A stretch of DNA of 63,151 nucleotides, counting the filler, from Bigelowiella natans CCMP2755 (lineage: Eukaryota > Protista > Cercozoa), in the NCBI GenBank assembly GCA_000320545.1. It is 6 parts of 6 records of this genome, joined end to end, with 100 filler letters (N's around TTAATTAATTAA, not from the genome) between each part and the next. Parts side by side here need not be neighbours in the genome. Positions count along the whole stretch, not along the records: positions 1 to 16,589 come from ADNK01002089.1; 5 more parts are not named here. One strand, given 5' to 3'. Of the stretch, positions 1 through 13,781 are shown in pieces; the stretch's first letter is position 1; each line of letters begins with the position of its first letter. Made by a program: the position numbers and the translations under genes. The notes under the pieces were generated by a model. It saw only the letters and a program-made list of their open reading frames with translations. It did not search any database and had not been told where the DNA came from.

Positions 1-565
1 TTGGCGAGGATGTTGGTGTTGATGATGGTGCTGATGAAGGTGAGAGAGTTGTACCGGGTATCGTCGGTGAGGATGTTGGGGCAGAGGAAGGGGTTGTAGA
101 TGGCGCCGATGATGATGCTGATGATGGTGCTGATGAAGGTGAGAGAGTTGTACCGGGTATCGTCGGTGATGACGTCGTTATTATTGGCGAGGATGTTGGT
201 GCTGCTGATGGTGCTGATGAAGGTGAGAGAGTTGTACCGGGTATTGTCGGTGAGGATGTTGGGGCAGAGGAAGGGGTTGTAGATGGCGCCGATGATGGTG
301 CTGATGATGGTGCTGATGAAGGTGAGAGAGTTGTACCGGGTATCGTCGGTGATGACGTCGTTATTATTGGCGAGGATGTTGGTGTTGATGATGGTGCTGA
401 TGAAGGTGAGAGAGTTGTACCGGGTATCGTCGGTGATGATGTTGTTATTATTGGCGAGGATGTTGGTGAGGATGTTGGGGCAGAGGAAGGAGCCGAAGAT
501 GGCGCTGATGATGGTGATGATGATGGCGCTGATGATGGTGATGATGATGGCGCTGATGATGGTGA
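1..565 (-). repeat. Coding tandem repeat block B (SSPTIPGTTLSPSSAP units)
   Basis: The word gatgaaggtgagagagttgtaccgggta recurs five times in 30-430. Confidence 0.9.
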
Positions 566-2320
566 GGCGACACAAACCGAATACTTCGTTTTAAGGTAGG
601 ATTGGATGGTTGCCATCTCTGAATCGTTAAGAGGTCGGTTGTAGATCATAATCTCGGGTGTCATTGACTTCATAAATCTGGTTGGAGTCTGAACTAGTTT
701 CTTCGATTGAGCTCCAACAGTGAAATAGCCATTACCCAGAGTCGTTGAATTCAATGCCAGGATTGACGTTCCAGATGCGACTTTGATCCCACAGCGGAAC
801 AGTTCTTGCGTGCGGTTGCTCAGGCTTACCCTGATTGCAAATGTGAATAGAGAATCAGATCCAGGGCTGCATTGTGTAGTGGCTCCTCCGTATGTAGTTC
901 CGCTGTAAAATTCGAAACTGTTGGGTCGGATATCATTCACTTCAAGTCCTTTGGGTGTCCACGTTCCTTCGCCCCCAAACCATGATCGCGTGCCATCGTT
1001 TTGAATATTATGAGCCACAGCAATCATCGTGGCCCCCGTACTGGAGATGAAAGGAGAGTAAGGGTGGCTATTCTTAAACCCCAGCCCCAAGAGATACGAG
1101 TTCTTAACGAAGGAGACGGTGCTGTGGTTATTGATATAGTCTCGAAGTAATATTGGGTCGAAGTTGGAGTTTCCTGTGGAATTGAGGTGTCTGCCATGGC
1201 CTGATTCGTCCTCCCAGTAAACAACCCTGGAACCGTTGAGGCCAGCTAGGTTATCAGCCCTTAGCCAAAGAGACATGCCCTAACCGAAAGCAAAGGAGAG
1301 CTCATTTAACGACGTTCTTTTGTTTACACAGTGAAGTAGATTAGGAGTTTACCTGAGGAAGGCTGATACTTGTGGGAGAGGACGTTATCGGCGAGGCTGT
1401 TGTTGGCGACAGCGACGGTGAATTGGAGGGGGCTGATGAAGGCGAGGATATGGGGGAAGAAGAAGGTGCGGATGATGGCGACGATGACGGTGATTCTGTC
1501 GGTGCTGATGACGGGGATTGAGATGGCGAGGATGTTGGGAATGAAGAGGGGGCTGATGATGGTGCTGATGATGGTCCAAACGAGGGTGAGAGAGTGGCAC
1601 CAGCAGCTGTTGGTGAAGATGTAGTCAGTAATGGTGACGAGGATGGTGAAAATGAAGGGGATGTTGATGGAGATGTAGTAGGCGTTGTCGAAGGGGCTTG
1701 CGTTGGAGATAAAGTTGGTGAAGATGTAGTCAGTAATGGTGACGAGGATGGTGCCGATGAGGGCGCTGATGATAAGGGCGAGGAAGAGGGAGAGATTGAG
1801 GGTGAAGATGATGGTGCCAATGACGGGGCTATTGATGGCGACGACGATGGAGCGATAGATGATGGTGACGAAGATGGTGAAAATGAAGGGGATGTTGATG
1901 GAGATGTAGTAGGCGTTGTCGAAGGGGCTTGCGTTGGAGACGATGAGGGCGCTGATGATGAGGGCGAGGAAGAGGGAGAGATTGAGGGTGAAGATGATGG
2001 TGCCAATGACGGGGCTATTGATGGCGACGATGATGGAGCGATAGATGATGGTGAAGACGAAGATGGTGAAAATGAAGGGGATGTTGATGGAGATGTAGTA
2101 GGCGTTGTCGAAGGGGCTTGCGTTGGAGATAAAGTAGGATACGTAACAGTGCGAATACTAGAACTCTGTAAGTAGTGCCAAGTATAAAAATACAGTCACG
2201 AACTTAATTCAAACGCGCGCGGGAGGCAAACCAAGTAAATGTGAAGAATGTTGAGACAAACAGAACATGCTGCTGCTGGGTGCTGCATAGGTACGACTTG
2301 CAAAATGATAAGTTTATCGG

Positions 2321-2361
<41 letters not shown>

Positions 2362-2762
2362 TATACATAAGTACTCGCTTACCCATCTCGCGCCGACATA
2401 GATTCGATACGGATCTCGCGGATCAGATAGAATAGCTTGAACATTGGAGAAGGTTGCCATGGTTCCTGGCCCGTCGTAATCTCTGTAATAAGTGAATTAA
2501 TTGCTTTGGCACTAGTAGGTAACACCAGCATGCTCAACGAGTTGAATCCAACACAAACACCGTTTCATCGCTGTAGGAGTCACAAACAATTATTTCCTCC
2601 GTTTTTGGCGATATACTCTTCGCATGTTTATTTATTTATTCTCACAACTGTCAGTACTGGCACATCTGTTCGAATATGCATCCTTTTCTTCATATTTTGT
2701 GAATTCTTTTGATTCTTTATCTAAGCTCATGTAGAGTGTAGACGCACTCGCCCCCATCCCTC

Positions 2763-2839
<77 letters not shown>

Positions 2840-2852
2840 AGAGAGAGAGAGG

Positions 2853-2883
<31 letters not shown>

Positions 2884-3069
2884 AAGGTGATTTCTTACAT
2901 ATTCCTTTGAAAATTCCTGCCTATTATATTCAGACTTCTACCCTGCACACCGGACCTATGTTTTTGAAACCGTAGTATCATCATGCAATGCGAGGAGAGC
3001 GGTTCATATATCTATCTTCCACTTTCTTGAATAAAAGAAGTTGCATAAACACAAACTCATACACAAAGA

Positions 3070-3127
<58 letters not shown>

Positions 3128-3500
3128 TGTTCAAGAACCCGGAGACATTGACAACTTTGAGAAATCTTCCGTTTGACCCACTGCCTCCAACAAGCATGAA
3201 GGTATTGCCCGTAGATGTGTTGAATATATCGAGAGTTCTGCGAAGTCAAAGATACCACCGAAATCAGTCTATCGTTTCCTGAAATCAAGCCTGGAAATGG
3301 TGAATTACGCCATTGTTTCCTCCATACCAAAATACTGCAACAATCTACAACTACAAAAGTGCTCATGGTGTGAAAGCGTGCTTTATATTATAGATCGCCT
3401 TGGCTTATCAAAGTAGCCGTTTGTCCCTATTCCTGAAACAAGTAGATGCCAGCCATTGTGTATCATGAACCAAATAAACCAAAACGCGCGCGCGCATACA

Positions 3501-3537
<37 letters not shown>

Positions 3538-5872
3538 CTTTGTAGTCAATTATAGCCGTTTGGGGTTTTATGGATTTAACCGTCTCCTGCTCCTTGATTC
3601 CCTCCGATTAGTGTTGTAACTTGATTATTTTGCAGATTTATGGCTCGAACTCTGTGATTCTCTGTATTATTCGCATAGAAATTCATGGACTATTACATGA
3701 TAACACTGATTGTTATGCACTCACACTACTACTACTCTCTGTACTGTACAGCAGGAAGAAAAGAGAAATTTTCCATACATGAGTTGACTTCGAACATATT
3801 AGATGAGACGCTCTCGCAGTACGCACGTGTGTCAGCCAGGTATAGCATCTTCTTGGATCCAAATCGCCATAAACGTAATTTAGCGATGAAACTACTGAAC
3901 AGTGCAGAGCCAAGAGGTCCATCTGTGGCACCAGTAGTAACCGACGCAGCGACCAATGTATTCACTATCTTGGTGTTCATATCTATCGTCCGTATTCCAT
4001 GGTTTGCCTTTGAAAGAAAGAAAGAAAGAAAGAAAGAAAGAAGAGACATGTGAGATGAGCACCGCAGTATTCTTTTGATGATTTCAGATAAGAAATAGGG
4101 GGAAATTCAAAGCGACAAACCAAGAAAAATAAATGGAATTACAACGAAAATAATATCCTTTCGTCGTCGTACGGTTTGTCCTATGGGTTCACTTATTTTT
4201 TTAAAAAAACAACGATATGGAGCGTGCTCAATACTTGCCACAAGTGTTCTTAAAAGGAGGCCATATATCTTCCTCTTTACATCAAAGAAAATGTCTTATT
4301 GCCTACGCACAGCTTGACCTTTTCACTAAGATAAAGAGTGTAAGAGCCTCCATAGCAATCGAATTGCAGCGAGTAAGGCTGTCCGAATCTTGCAACGGAC
4401 ACCGGGCCATCGGTCGGGGTCTGGGATGAAATCTGGGGCGGAGAAAAAGGGAGGGGGCAATTAGAACGTCGAACAATATTTTAGTGTGAAATACACTATG
4501 GAATGACGACTTAGCATTCCAGAGTAGTAGTAACTGGGAGGGGGGTAGTAAGGGAGAAAGCTTTGAGATATCACATTGACAGAATTCAATACTATGGCAC
4601 GCCGACAGGCAATATCATGGAACAGAAACAAAACTACCGCATTTTATCACTACTTGAATCGTAGGCAATGCAGATTTTGTACGTAGAATGCTTTGAAATA
4701 CTTACATTTCCTGTGAAGGTTGTTACATCGCCGCCGTAGACATCAATTCGGCGTACGCCATAGTTGCCCTGACGATGGGAAGTTAGCTATGGAATTCTGA
4801 AGCAACACATCTATTTCTAGCCTACTTTTTCCTCTACCTCTTCTCCATCATCATTTGTGAGAAGGGCATGCATACAAGAGCAAGGGTGAAGCTTTGGTGA
4901 GAAGTGAATCAAATGGAAAATGAATCACCTCTTCCGCTGCATAAATTATAGGTCGGTCACTAATTGAAGGATCTATCGCAATACCTTTGGGGAGATTAAA
5001 CCGGGCTGTCCAAACAAGCAGTTTTAATTATTAAGGCATTTATGTACATAGAGAGAAAACTTGTTATGCGAGAGGAATCTTTTCAAATAGTTGCTCGCCA
5101 GCCTTTCCTCCATTCATCTCATAAAAGATGTGGAGAGAAATTACAGACTAATTATCATTACCTGAAGTCAGTGCACCATCTATCCATCCAGTAGAGGAAT
5201 GATTCACCAAGATATCGTAATCGATCGTCGACCCGCTTGTAAACCGTCCAAACTATTGATTACAACAGGAACATTAGTTGCATTATAAATGCTGCCGAGA
5301 AGCATACTGATCCAATTGCTTTCCTGTACCATAGTAGAAGCTGTAGGTTCGAAAGAAGACAAAATCGTTCATGCCTCCCAATAGGCCGAAAAAATGGTAC
5401 CCGCAGGATAGAAAATGCACGCATCGTCGCACACACACACGTGCATGCATAGCATATAAGCAAGAGCATACACAAAGTCATAGAATTTTTCCAGAAGCAT
5501 AAACTAGCACATCCCCCATAATTCGGAAGATTTGTACCACAGTTAAATCGTCCCACGCCATGAAATATATCACTTGAGCGCCAGAAGCATTGACGAAAAT
5601 ATCGAAACTTTTCGTTTGTTCAACGTGCCTGCAATCGTAAATGTGCTGAGACAGCATAAACTATGAATTGTTTCGATTGCAAATGTGCACCTATGGTTTG
5701 GAGTCGACGATACTGCATAAAGCCCGGAAAATGACTGGTTGTATTCACACACATTAAATCAAATTGCGGGCAGGAACCTTTTGCACGGGTCTTCGCATAC
5801 CTCCAACTCGGCAAATGTAGCAAGTGACCGCAAAGAGGTGGACCCCAGCAACACAACTAAGGCCAGCAGCAT
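1..5872 (-). CDS. Multi-exon secreted/surface protein: signal peptide, NHL repeats, Ser/Pro/Thr mucin-like repeats, LamG/concanavalin-like domain, further S/P/T repeats; runs off the window start
   Basis: ATG at 5872 gives MLLALVVLLGSTSLRSLATFAELE (signal-peptide-like). Spliced exons read GWIDGALTS-ARFNLPKGIAIDP, GNYGVRRIDVYGGDVTTFTG, DGPVSVARFGQPYSL and NHGIRTIDMNTKIVNTL (NHL-like). 1341-2170 and 1-560 encode SPSSAPT repeats. About 565-1020 ends in EIMIYNRPLNDSEMATIQSYLKTKY (LamG-type C-terminus). Confidence 0.75.
1370..2150 (-). repeat. Coding tandem repeat block A (PTQAPSTTPTTSPSTSPSFSPSS units)
   Basis: gatggtgaaaatgaaggggatgttgatggagatgtagtaggcgttgtcgaaggggcttgcgttggaga occurs three times (about 1642, 1873, 2062). 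Confidence 0.9.
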
Positions 5873-5989
5873 CTATCCCAATGATCTGGGGGGGCGCAAG
5901 CGCAACACCAGGCGACCAGAACCTCCTTGCGGAGGCTGCGTTTTTAATTTTGGGGCCTGTTAAGCGCAACTGAAACGTGACCAAAATGC

Positions 5990-7750
5990 ATGCGTTGTCG
6001 CAGGAGAAAGATCACTGGATTTTTTGCTCTTGGATGTGCACGTGTGAGTGCACGAGCAGCCAAAAGAAGAAGTTTAAGCATTGTCGCGACCTTCACTTTC
6101 AGCCAGTTCTCATGCAACACTGTGGAAATGTAGTCGGTTACAAAGTTTCTGGTTGACACTGTTCCAGTTGGGGTTTCACTAGTTTGTTCTCAACCAAAAT
6201 TCTGCTGGGGGCCCCCTCAGATGATCCAATCGTAGATCGTCATGTGGACATGGCCTTCAGGAAGTTTTTGCTCAGAGTGGAGGTCTTGCGCCGTCAGAAT
6301 TTTGCTGCCAATGTCATTGCTTCTCAATGACCAAGTCATGCCATTTTGGCAAACCAGCTAGTTGATTTGCTAGTCACAGTCCTCACTGAAACCAGTTCGA
6401 GGCACTGCATTTGGCACGCTGCAAGTGTCTTGCAACACTTTGGAAATGTAGTTTTTCATCATTGTTTCATTGTTTCATTGTTTCTCACTGCAGCCTGTAG
6501 CCCAATGTGCAACACTTGTTCATCATCATTGTTCATTGTTTGGTTCTGGCGCATGCAGATTTGATCAACGCTTTGTTCATTGTTCATTGTTCTGATGAAA
6601 CTAGGAATGGAGGAGTGGCTAGAATGCTGTTCTTGATTCCTTTTTGTTTCACTAGTTAGTTCTCACTAGCCCACTGAAGTCAGTTCGAGGCACAGTTTTA
6701 GTCCTCACTGAAGCCAGTTCGAGGCACTGCATTTCGCACACTGCAAGTGTCATGTCACACTTTGGAGATGTAGTTTTTCATCATTGTTCATTGTTCTCAT
6801 TGTTTGGGATTTTGTTGCTAGCTAGCTAGGTCCATTCTTGATCCCTTCTGGTTTCACTGCGAGCAGTCAGATCTCACTGAAGTCAGTTCGAGGCACTTCG
6901 CACACTGCAAGTGTCTTGCAACATTTTGGAAATGCAGTTTGTCATCGTTGTTTCATTGTTTCTAGTCTCCATCTGCATCGTCGATTGTGAAGAAAGCAGA
7001 GAGAAGTCACAGCCCTGAAGTTGCGGCAAAGAAAAGGCACGAAAGAAAGTGAAACCAGGAATGGAGGATGCACATGGAAAAACAATGGACGAGGATTTTG
7101 CGAATGGAATCGCGCACGGGACAGGGATGGGGATCGTGATCGCGACCGAGAGCCAGAGAGTGCAGAGGTGGACATCGCGACCAAAGCCGAGACGCCGAGA
7201 CCGTGATCGTCTTCCGTTGAACAGATGTGGCCTTCATGAAGTTTCCACTCACAGCAGTTGCTTTGCGTCGACGCCATGTTCTTGCCATTCGTGCTGTTGC
7301 ACAATGGCCAGAATTCCAATCTTGAACTCCTTTTGGTTTCACCAGTCAGACATCACCAAAGTCAGTTCGAGGCACCACGTTTCGTGCACTGCAAGTGTCT
7401 CGCGACACTTTGGAAAGGCAGTTTGTCATCATTGTTCATTGTTCATTGTGATCAATCTGCCCGCGGACTCGATGCATTGGAAAACTTTGACCAGACCCAT
7501 CCCAAGCTCATTGACCTTGACTTCAACCGTGGAGTCAGAGCACTTTTGTCCACTGATGGCAACTTGCGTCGCAGTTCTCACTCGTCCACCAAACCCGACA
7601 CGCCCATCTCTGAACCTGGAGCTTGGAACGAGCCATGCCAGCATGCCAAAAGGCCAGCCTCTGGGCTCTTTGAGTGACACCTTGATGAATGGTGCGACAA
7701 GTCCGGAGTGTCACTGAAAGCTCAGTTGCGTGCCGGGACTTGTGAAACAA
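5990..7750 (+). mobile_element. Cluster of degenerate, 5'-truncated non-LTR retrotransposon (LINE) 3' fragments, TpA-depleted
   Basis: About 6184-6330 reads LLGAPSDDPIVDRHVDMAFRKFL, resembling ALGAGTGVPSTDKEIDRAFRRTI of the LINE at 53214-54290. 7678-7737 reads HLDEWCDKSGVSLKAQLRAG versus CLDEWHDVRGVSLKCQARCG. Four full copies of a roughly 100-bp 3' unit (cagttcgaggcac...ctgcaagtgtc...tttgga...cattgtt) lie near 6385, 6705, 6875 and 7355. Confidence 0.7.
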
Positions 7751-8718
7751 CCGAAGAACATTGAGCCAGAATTTCTGATCCACTTCTCTCTTCCTCGATT
7801 TTTTCTCTGTGTGATCTAGTGATGCTGAATTGGTTCAAAGTGTCGTCAACCACCTTGTCCATGAGATTGCACTGGCATGCCATGGGCACGCAAACAAGTG
7901 CTGCAGTCCAGTTCTCTTTGCTGTGGGGCGGGCTAGCGAGAACTAGCAACACGGTTCTAGCTAGCTAGGGTTTGCCATGTTCCAGTGTTGTGTGGTTGAT
8001 CAATGAGCTGCACTGCATGGCCTCGCCATCTAGCTCGTTCGAAGCGAAATGATGCGATGCGATGGCGCTAGCTAGCATGCACGTACGCAATGACGCATCG
8101 TTTCAGTGCCAGAGTGCGTGCACGCTGCGGTGCAACTTGTGCAACCTAGCAACGGTGCTGCTCGTCGCTCCGCTAGTGGTCTGCTGCAGCCACTACGAAT
8201 TGCAATTGTGACGTTGTGCTAGTGTGTCCACCCTGCGAATGATCGATCATGCAAACAAGCTGGAAAGCTGGACTAGTGGAACAAAGCATGGCTGGGAAGC
8301 CACTGCCGCAACGTGCGTCACGTTGCACGCGCAGTTGTGCAGCATGCTAGCATGTGGTGATTCGCACTCTTCGGCATGTGACTGGGTCAATGAGCACGCG
8401 CACTGTGCCCAGATGCCATGGATTGTGAATGATTGCGTGCCGCGGGCGTCTTCGTTTAGACCGTTTGCCAAGCGCGCTGTTCTTGCTGTTCCAATTTGCA
8501 GCAGCATGCGACGCACGTGAATGTCGGCCATCTTGCACATGCAATGACACAGACACAATTTCAGACACTCTAGCACGCCATCATGTAGAATCTTGTATAC
8601 TTGTGATGGCGATGCTGCACAGAGGCTGTGGCATGAATGTACAATGTCAAATATCAATCATGAAGTAGTGAGAGCCGCTGAGGAGTTATCTCTGCTGTGT
8701 CTTTGTTGTCATCGGTTA

Positions 8719-9769
8719 TCAATGTTTGATGTACTGGAGAATGCTTAATCCGCGCCCAGCATTTTCCTCTGTGATCCCAGCAATGATTTTGACCAAGCCA
8801 GTACCCATGTGGTGCTCCAGTGCGGCTTGCGGGCCGTTGCACCAGAAGCCTTATGATATGGTACGTGTATGAATGACACTTTTGCTGCTAATGATGATGA
8901 TGATGATGACGATGATGATGCCAGACATTACATACTGCTCCAACATTTTCTACAATTTTTGTGTATTTTTGTGTTTTTGTTTTGGCATTATGAATTGATA
9001 TTCCATGTACATTTTATTAATTCTAGAAGTAGAGAGTGTGAATAAAGTGACAGTTAATGCCATCTATTCTGTTTTGGGTATACATGAACATCACTTTTGC
9101 TCGCAATGGCGTTGCAAATGATAGAAGAGGAAGTAAATGAAAGGGGGTGGTTTATCTCGCGTCGCCGGACAAAAATCATCGATGTTTTTGCATGAATGAA
9201 AAGCCTATCCTGCTACAACCTTCGCAATTTGTATCGTCCAATAGCAGAACATGGAAGTTGCGATTAGCAAGATTGGCCATTGACCTGCACCATCACAGAA
9301 TTAAAGAAAAAAACAAATGAATAGGAGAATACAGCAACATGCCGTATCTATATAGTTCGAGGGTTATGCTTGGGGCTGATTGTTTTTCATTTATTCTCTA
9401 TTTCTATCTTTCTGAAGGCAAAGCATAGATATTACCAGAGGTCTGCTCGGGCAATATCCTCCGTATGGCCACCATCGATGGAGATCAGATCACATTTTTT
9501 CTCTGATGGGGGGCGTGGATATTAGTTCTCGTTTTCAGTTGTCGAATTGTACTGACGTACGACTTGGTAGACCAGTTTAAGATGCTCTCTTCCTCGCCCC
9601 CCCCCCCCCCTCTACCTGGGAAATCCCGTGCAAAACTTGGAACAGTTTTCAAGGAGGACCCCTGGAAATATAAACGCCAATTACGAGAATATATGACTGC
9701 CGAAAAGACTACTATAAATGATACAAGGATTATACAACGATTATACAACAAAAACAACAACAACCACTG

Positions 9770-9806
<37 letters not shown>

Positions 9807-10818
9807 ACTACAATTGCCTTGATTATGTGTAGCCTTTCGTTAGCGTTGGGCAACTGGAACTCACGAATAGAGCGTGGATCTCGAAGAAACGCCTCCCCCC
9901 GGGCATTGTAGGTGTGATTCCACAAGTCAAACATAACAACTTCCGCCTTAGGAGCCGCTTTGAGCCACAGAGCCGCGCTATGCCCACCGTTGAAACCTGC
10001 CGTTTGACAATAGCCACGGTATCTTTGTTATCACCACCTCCTATCGCTCGTTATTGGAGGATCATTAATTGCCCACCCATCCCTTCCATCCACAGTTATT
10101 TCATTTTTAAGCATATTTTTAACACCAATCTCACAGATCCTCCGAACACATGGAAGGGAAGCCATCAGGATGTAGGCTTTGCGCTCCGCGACCAACTGCC
10201 CTGAATGGCCTACACATGAAAAATAAAGAATTTTGTTTACTCCCTAACTCTTTTTCTTCTTCTTCGTCTCCTCCTTCTTCTTCGTCGTCCTCATTTTCTT
10301 CTTCATCATCATCATCATCATCGTAGTCTTCATTTATTATTTTGAGTCATCAATCACCACCTTCCTGAATTTCAGGCATAATTTCATCCATCTTTGCTGC
10401 AAGCTCGTTGTACGAACTGAGATCCACATCCTTCCACAAACCCTGCTCGAAAATCTCGCGGAGTTGTTTTTGGCAGCTGCTCTCTGTTGATGGTTGCGCT
10501 GCTATCTTCGATATTGGTGAGCCCCTCACATCTATTCTGCTACGTTGATGTAGAGCCGATTTTTCGACCTGACGAGGGAGGGAACATTGCCATTAACATC
10601 CGAATCATGTGCATGTCACCTAGATAGCAGACCTTAGTCGATGTAGACCACCTTCCAAGTACAAATATGCACAGGAAGCATGCCAAAAGCACTCCCACCT
10701 TCACCGCAACAACCTACATGGGACTTATTGTTATGCATTGTGAAAGATGCACATCCGAAGGCTGTAAACTTGCCTGCTGTAGAGCCCTACGCAGCATGTC
10801 GCAGGTAGCTGGGGCCAT
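8719..10818 (-). CDS. Class I SAM-dependent methyltransferase (Methyltransf_24-like) with N-terminal membrane anchor, multi-exon
   Basis: Spliced motifs: VRRICEIG-FNGGHSAALWL, GSSLKTVP, ISIDGGHTEDIARADL, VLLLDDTNCE. Hydrophobic N-terminal segment VVAVKVGVLLACFLCIFVLG. Last exon GFWCNGPQAALEHH...YIKH-TGA ends at 8719. Confidence 0.8.
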
Positions 10819-11176
10819 ATCAACCGTGGAAATCGAATGTGCTGGGTCTACTGTTCCTTCTCCGCCAACTGCGCACTACCACAATCCTAGCGAGGCATGG
10901 ACGGATGGATTTCAGTTCTGCCTCCCTCCGTTGCAGCCAGCAGCTTGCGAGTCTTCGCGATTAGATCTAGATCTAATGAAATAATAACAATTCACGCTCG
11001 AAACCAACACTGGCACGATATTTTTAGGCTTTCGTGGGATGACGCACGTAACAAAAAAAAGTGAAAATTTCGGGGAAAAAAATGGAAAAAATTGACACAA
11101 CTAGATCTACACCAGAAGAAACAAAAGCTGCCCTGTGGCAACCAAAAGAAAAAATCCTTAAATTTCACCAAAAAAG

Positions 11177-11259
11177 TCTCCCCAGCCGGATTCGAACCAG
11201 CGACCTAGAGAATACCACAACTCTACAGTCTCCCGCTCTACCAACTGAGCTATAGAGAG
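11177..11259 (-). tRNA. tRNA-Tyr(GTA) with a 10-nt intron, followed by a T6 Pol III terminator
   Basis: CTCTCTA-TA-GCTCAGTTGGTAGAGC-G-GGAGA-CTGTAG-[AGTTGTGGTA]-T-TCTCT-AGGTC-GCTGGTTCGAATCCGGC-TGGGGAG-A; acceptor, D, anticodon and T stems pair; TTTTTT lies at 11170-11175 on the minus strand. Confidence 0.95.
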
Positions 11260-11487
11260 AAAGAAATTCTGCTCTGGATACGAGAAACTTGTTTACCTGT
11301 TTCTATAAATAATAATTTCTGAGTCTGGGACAAATAAGGAACGGAAGGGAGGGAGAATCTAGAAGAAATCAGAGATGTCTTCATGACGCTAAGAGTAAAT
11401 ATACGTCGTCTAGTATATCGGAGGCAAATCGGAGATTATTATCGAAATTTCTTTTCGGTCTCCAGTCCCCTCCCCGTTCTTGTCACG

Positions 11488-12556
11488 ATGGTGAACAAGA
11501 AAGCTAAATCGAAGAGATGCAGACTCAAGGAAAAGTACAAAGTACAACGTAAGGTGAAAGAGCACAAGAAAAAAATGCGTAAGCTTCAAAGGCTAAATCC
11601 ACATAAGGTCAGTGGCATTTTCTGCAACAATCAGCGACTAATCGATGATGATGAGCGAATATTAACGGATGGGAACGAGGAGGAGGAGGGGCAAATTGGT
11701 CTTACGAGGTTCGTTGTAAATAAACCATTCGAAATAACACAGCCTCATCACAAAAAAGACCCTGGGATACCAAATCTGTTTCCCTACAAGGAGGTACGTG
11801 GGAGGCAGGATGTGTGTGGCACTACTCTTCCTTGTCAGAAACCCTTCTCCCTCCTTCATAATCAATTAATATCCGTAGGCTTTACTCTCCCGCATGGATG
11901 ATGCAAAAGAGCGTCAGAAGTTAATAGACCAGAGACAGAAACAGGACCGACGGGCTAGATTAGAGCAACGGTAATCATCATAGTACAATCAATGATCATA
12001 GCCATAGGCGAAAAGCATACCTTGAAGAAGAAGATAGAAAAATGAGGGAATGCGGAAGAAAAAAGTTTTCGATTTATTATCCTTAAAAACTGCTAATAGC
12101 TCACACGAACAGGCGCCAGGAGTACGAGCAAAAGCGACAGGCGGAATCAACCCAAAGCCGCACCGTCTCCGATGTAGACATTATCTTTGTTATTTGTATT
12201 CCAAAACAGCCTTCCTTAAAATAAACTCTTTACACTCTCTTTCTCAGATTGGGTTCGTGATTGTTGATATTACGATTGTGTCTGTTGTCAGCGCCAAATG
12301 AATCAGAAGAAGTGGTATATGAAGGACCTCAAGCAGCTTTTGGAAGTCTCAGACGTGATATTAGAAGTGCTGGACGCCCGCGACCCCCTTGGGTAATACA
12401 ACAATGTGTAATAATGAGAAGGGCTCCTCTGATGGAAAGACTTCATAAATATACGTGTAAATGCAGCGATGAGACCTTTATTCATGGCAAAAGTTGTTCG
12501 CTACAGTAGGGGTTTGAGAGTGGTTAATGGGCCGGCCTGTTGTATAGCGAATCTGA

Positions 12557-12599
<43 letters not shown>

Positions 12600-13199
12600 T
12601 CCCCTCCCTCCGTATCCTTCTCTCAAACAGATGTAGATGTCGTAAGATTGAAGAGATGATACAAGGCCAGTACTCTGGGACGACAGCAAGACCAAAACGC
12701 ATCATCTTGGTGCTGAACAAAATAGATTTAGTGCCTCAGGAGGTACATTACCAATCTCACTCATTCAACTAGGCCCAGTGCTACAATAGTAAATTGAATG
12801 ATAAGCCTAACAACACCGACTATCATTCCGCAACAGACGGTCTCAAAATGGGTCAAGTACCTGCGGAGAGAATTCGCATGTGTGGCGTTCAAAGCGTCCA
12901 CGCAACAGCAAAAGGGGAACTATGGAGAGTCGTCCGTAAATGCCTCAGACGCCAATGCTGACTTTCAGGTAGTGGAACAACTACTCTTACATGCATTATT
13001 TGTATTGGAACCGTCAAGGAGCAAGGGGTGTCGTATCCTATGATGTAAGAAGATTCTGAAGAAGAAGAAGAAGAAGAAGAAGAAGAAGAAAACGAAGAGG
13101 AGGAAGATGGTTGCGAGTGAGGGAGGTGATGGTGAGAAGACGGTGGTGGTAAAAAAGGGAATGTTGTTTCGAATACAGCTAATCTCTATCCCTCTCTTT

Positions 13200-13238
<39 letters not shown>

Positions 13239-13386
13239 GGCGGGAAGAGTGTTGGTGGGCAAGCCTTATTACAAATCATCAAGAACTACAGCCGCTCGCA
13301 CGATATCAAAACCAGCATAACTGTCGGTCAGTATTCAATGTCTTTGGTGTTTATAACTGATGACATGTTGTCTTTTTTTATCGTCA

Positions 13387-13422
<36 letters not shown>

Positions 13423-13728
13423 AGCAAACACACACACACATGCATGCATGCATGCATACACAACCATTCGTGGTCTTCTTATTGATGATGCTTATTCTTC
13501 TTCTTCTGCTTATAACATTAGTAGTAGTTTCCCCATCGTCATCACTTACTATTGCGAGCATCATCATCACAGGTGTGATCGGGTATCCTAACGTTGGAAA
13601 GTCAAGTCTTATCAACTCTCTTAAGAGGGCTAGAGCGGTCGGAGTAGGCGCTCAGCCGGGCTTTACAAAGCAGTGCCAGCTTGTCAAACTCGACAAACAA
13701 ATCAGCATCATCGACTCCCCAGGTGTGC

Positions 13729-13781
<53 letters not shown>

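Noticed and set aside
1594-2175. Acidic D/E/G-rich plus-strand ORFs (also 100-594)
   Set aside because: Antisense shadows of the minus-strand Ser/Pro/Thr repeats, which have splice sites and a paralogue.
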